Positions 61,990-64,000 of a DNA stretch of 64,000 nt are shown in pieces. The stretch lies in assembly GCF_009914755.1 (NCBI RefSeq), contig NC_060935.1. One strand, 5' to 3'. This DNA is from the human T2T-CHM13v2.0 reference genome, Homo sapiens. The notes under the pieces were generated by a model. That model ran no database searches. It saw only the letters and a list, made by a program, of their open reading frames with translations, and had not been told where the DNA came from. A program made the translations under genes and the position numbers. Numbering within the stretch: the first letter of the stretch is position 1; every line of letters starts with the position of its first letter.

Positions 61990-62475
61990 AATTTTTAATT
62001 TAGCATTGTGGTAAAAAAATGCACATAAAATATACTACCTTAATCATTTTTAAGTGTACAGTTGAGTAGTGCTAACTATATTCATATTGTTGTGCAACAA
62101 ATCTCTAGAACTCTTTCATCTTGTAAGACTGAAACTCTATATTCATCGAACAACAAACAACTTTGTGTTTCCTCCTCCTCCAGCCCCTGGAACCACAATT
62201 CTACTGTTTCTCTGAGTTTGACTACTTTAGATATCTCATACAAGTGGAATCATGTACAATTTGTCTTTTTGTAACTGGTTTATTTCGCTTCATGTAATGT
62301 CTTCAAGGTTCACCCACGTTGTAGCATGTGACAGGGTGTCTTTTTTAAGGCCGAATAATATTCCATCGTATGTATATATCACATTTTATTTATCCATTCA
62401 TCCATCCATTCGTGGACCTTTGGGTTGTTTCCACCTCCTGGCTATTGTGAATAATACTGCAATGAACACGGTTAT
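61990..62475 (-). mobile_element. L1MB-type 3' end
   Basis: catttttaagtgtacagttgagtagtg...catacaagtggaatcatgtac...ttccacctcctggctattgtgaataatactgcaatgaaca. Confidence 0.85.
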
Positions 62476-63644
62476 GCCTTCAGAGTGCTTTGACTCCAGA
62501 TGTAGACACTAATGTGCACCTGTGCCTGAATGTGATTCTTGACTATAAGAAAGAATTTTTGAGCTGGCAGAAAGGGAAAGGTAGGCCAGGTCAGGCTTCC
62601 AGTCAGGCTCCCATGTTGGACATCCAGGCAACAGCAGAGAGATAGAAAACAGCCTGAATCCTTCAGAGTCCTGTCTGAAAGGAAAGCAATAACTTGGGTT
62701 GAATGCTGACCATGCTGAACACTTTTGTGTCTGTTGATTGGGACATGTGGGAGGTTTTTTGAATTTTATGATTATGAAAATGAGGACAATTATTTTCTTC
62801 AACTTCATAACATCATATATAACAATAATGAAAAGTGATCACCAACATCAGGAACAAGCCCAGCAGGGGATCTTAGCATGGAGGTGGTTTGTGTTATTTG
62901 AAAACAGGGTTAATATAAAATAGAATATATTCAATTTCAAATATAATACAAACTACCATGAGTTTGGATTAGGATTGCAAAGAAACATGGGTGCGTGTAG
63001 CTGATGGGGCAGAGACCAAACTCTCAAAGGGCACAAAAGCCCCTGCCAGGATCTAACCAGATGTTCTTTACTCCCTAGCTTGCTGGTTAAAGAAATCATT
63101 CCTGCTGAAAGCTAGTCTTTAAAGAACTTTTGTTTCATATGCAGATCCCAGAGTCAGTATCTGGGCTCCCATGTCAGGCCTGTAGATGGCATTCCTGATA
63201 AAATTAGGTCATACACAGAAGGAATGAGTCAAGACCAGTTCTGAAGCTTCCCTGGGGACCAGGAAAAATGCCTTCAAGGAGGAAAAGAAAAACCATTACA
63301 AACTTGAGCCACTTTGACTTGCATGGATTTCTCTTATCCCATCATTTCAGTCCTCAGAGAAGGGCAGGCGGCTTATTGCAGATTCAACTTTTGGTATCAC
63401 TCTGGAGCTCCTTTACTTGTAACATAGCAAATACGGTTACTTTAAGGTACAGGAAAGCAGAAAAGGCACTGGCCTGAGAGTCAGATGGTTTCTAGTTCCA
63501 GCCTGGCTACTTACTAGCTGGGTGGCTTTGGATAAGTGCCTGCACCTCTTGATCCTCAGCTTACCTACTGTAAAACCCAGTCCCAGGGCTAGAACAGCTC
63601 CATTTCTTTCAGCTCTACCATTCTGTGAATTAATGACATCAGTT

Positions 63645-64000
63645 GACCATTGATTGCATCCATTCTACTTTTATTTGGCATTTGTTCATTTGATACATAT
63701 ATACATATATAAAAATCTGTACATGATAAAAATACAAAATAAGTATTTCTTCATAAGTTATGCAATTAAACAGCTACCTTTTTAAAGTTTAAAAGCCATT
63801 GCAAAACAAAAAAGTGAGAAATCTAGTCAGTCCTTTATAGTCATTCACAATAACCTTGGTATAAAATATCCATACAACCTGTGTGTACAAAATAGTGTAC
63901 AGTTCATAAGAGCTGTGCAAAGACAGCAAAGTTCAGTTAAAAAAAAAAACAAAGAGACTGTACAGGTCTCTCTGTCCACATCATGCCCAGTTCCAGGAGG
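63645..64000 (-). terminator. 3'UTR end and poly(A) signal of a convergent minus-strand gene (probably DBX1)
   Basis: Minus-strand AATAAA at 63670-63675 with a U-rich upstream region and four TGTACA; gene identity comes only from recalled gene order. Confidence 0.55.

Overview
Primate (human-type) genomic DNA, not microbial. Bases 1-30.2 kb hold the 3' end of NAV2 (neuron navigator 2, unc-53 family) on the + strand. Eleven GT-AG coding exons (846-26896) splice in frame and encode the end of the coiled-coil, the pre-AAA domain, the McrB-like AAA+ domain and the C-terminus ...SSLESTL*; a ~3.3 kb 3'UTR with tandem poly(A) signals follows. Bases 30.3-63.6 kb are repeat-dense intergenic DNA: Alus, MaLR/ERV1 solo LTRs, old L1 pieces, and a nested Charlie1 hAT fossil. 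This region also has an orphan CpG island on an ancient L1 5' end and candidate CTCF sites. The last ~350 bp look like the 3'UTR end of a convergent minus-strand gene, expected to be DBX1 from recalled gene order. The strongest finding is two frame-preserving candidate microexons (15/27 nt AYWFF; 18 nt HSDTSK) flanking the NAV2 exon at 1739-1839, with SRRM4-type UGC and QKI/branch-point ACUAAC architecture. The second one could also act as an alternative last exon that removes the AAA domain. Almost all ORFs in the supplied track are spurious. Repeat family names come from recall of consensus sequences, not from a search.
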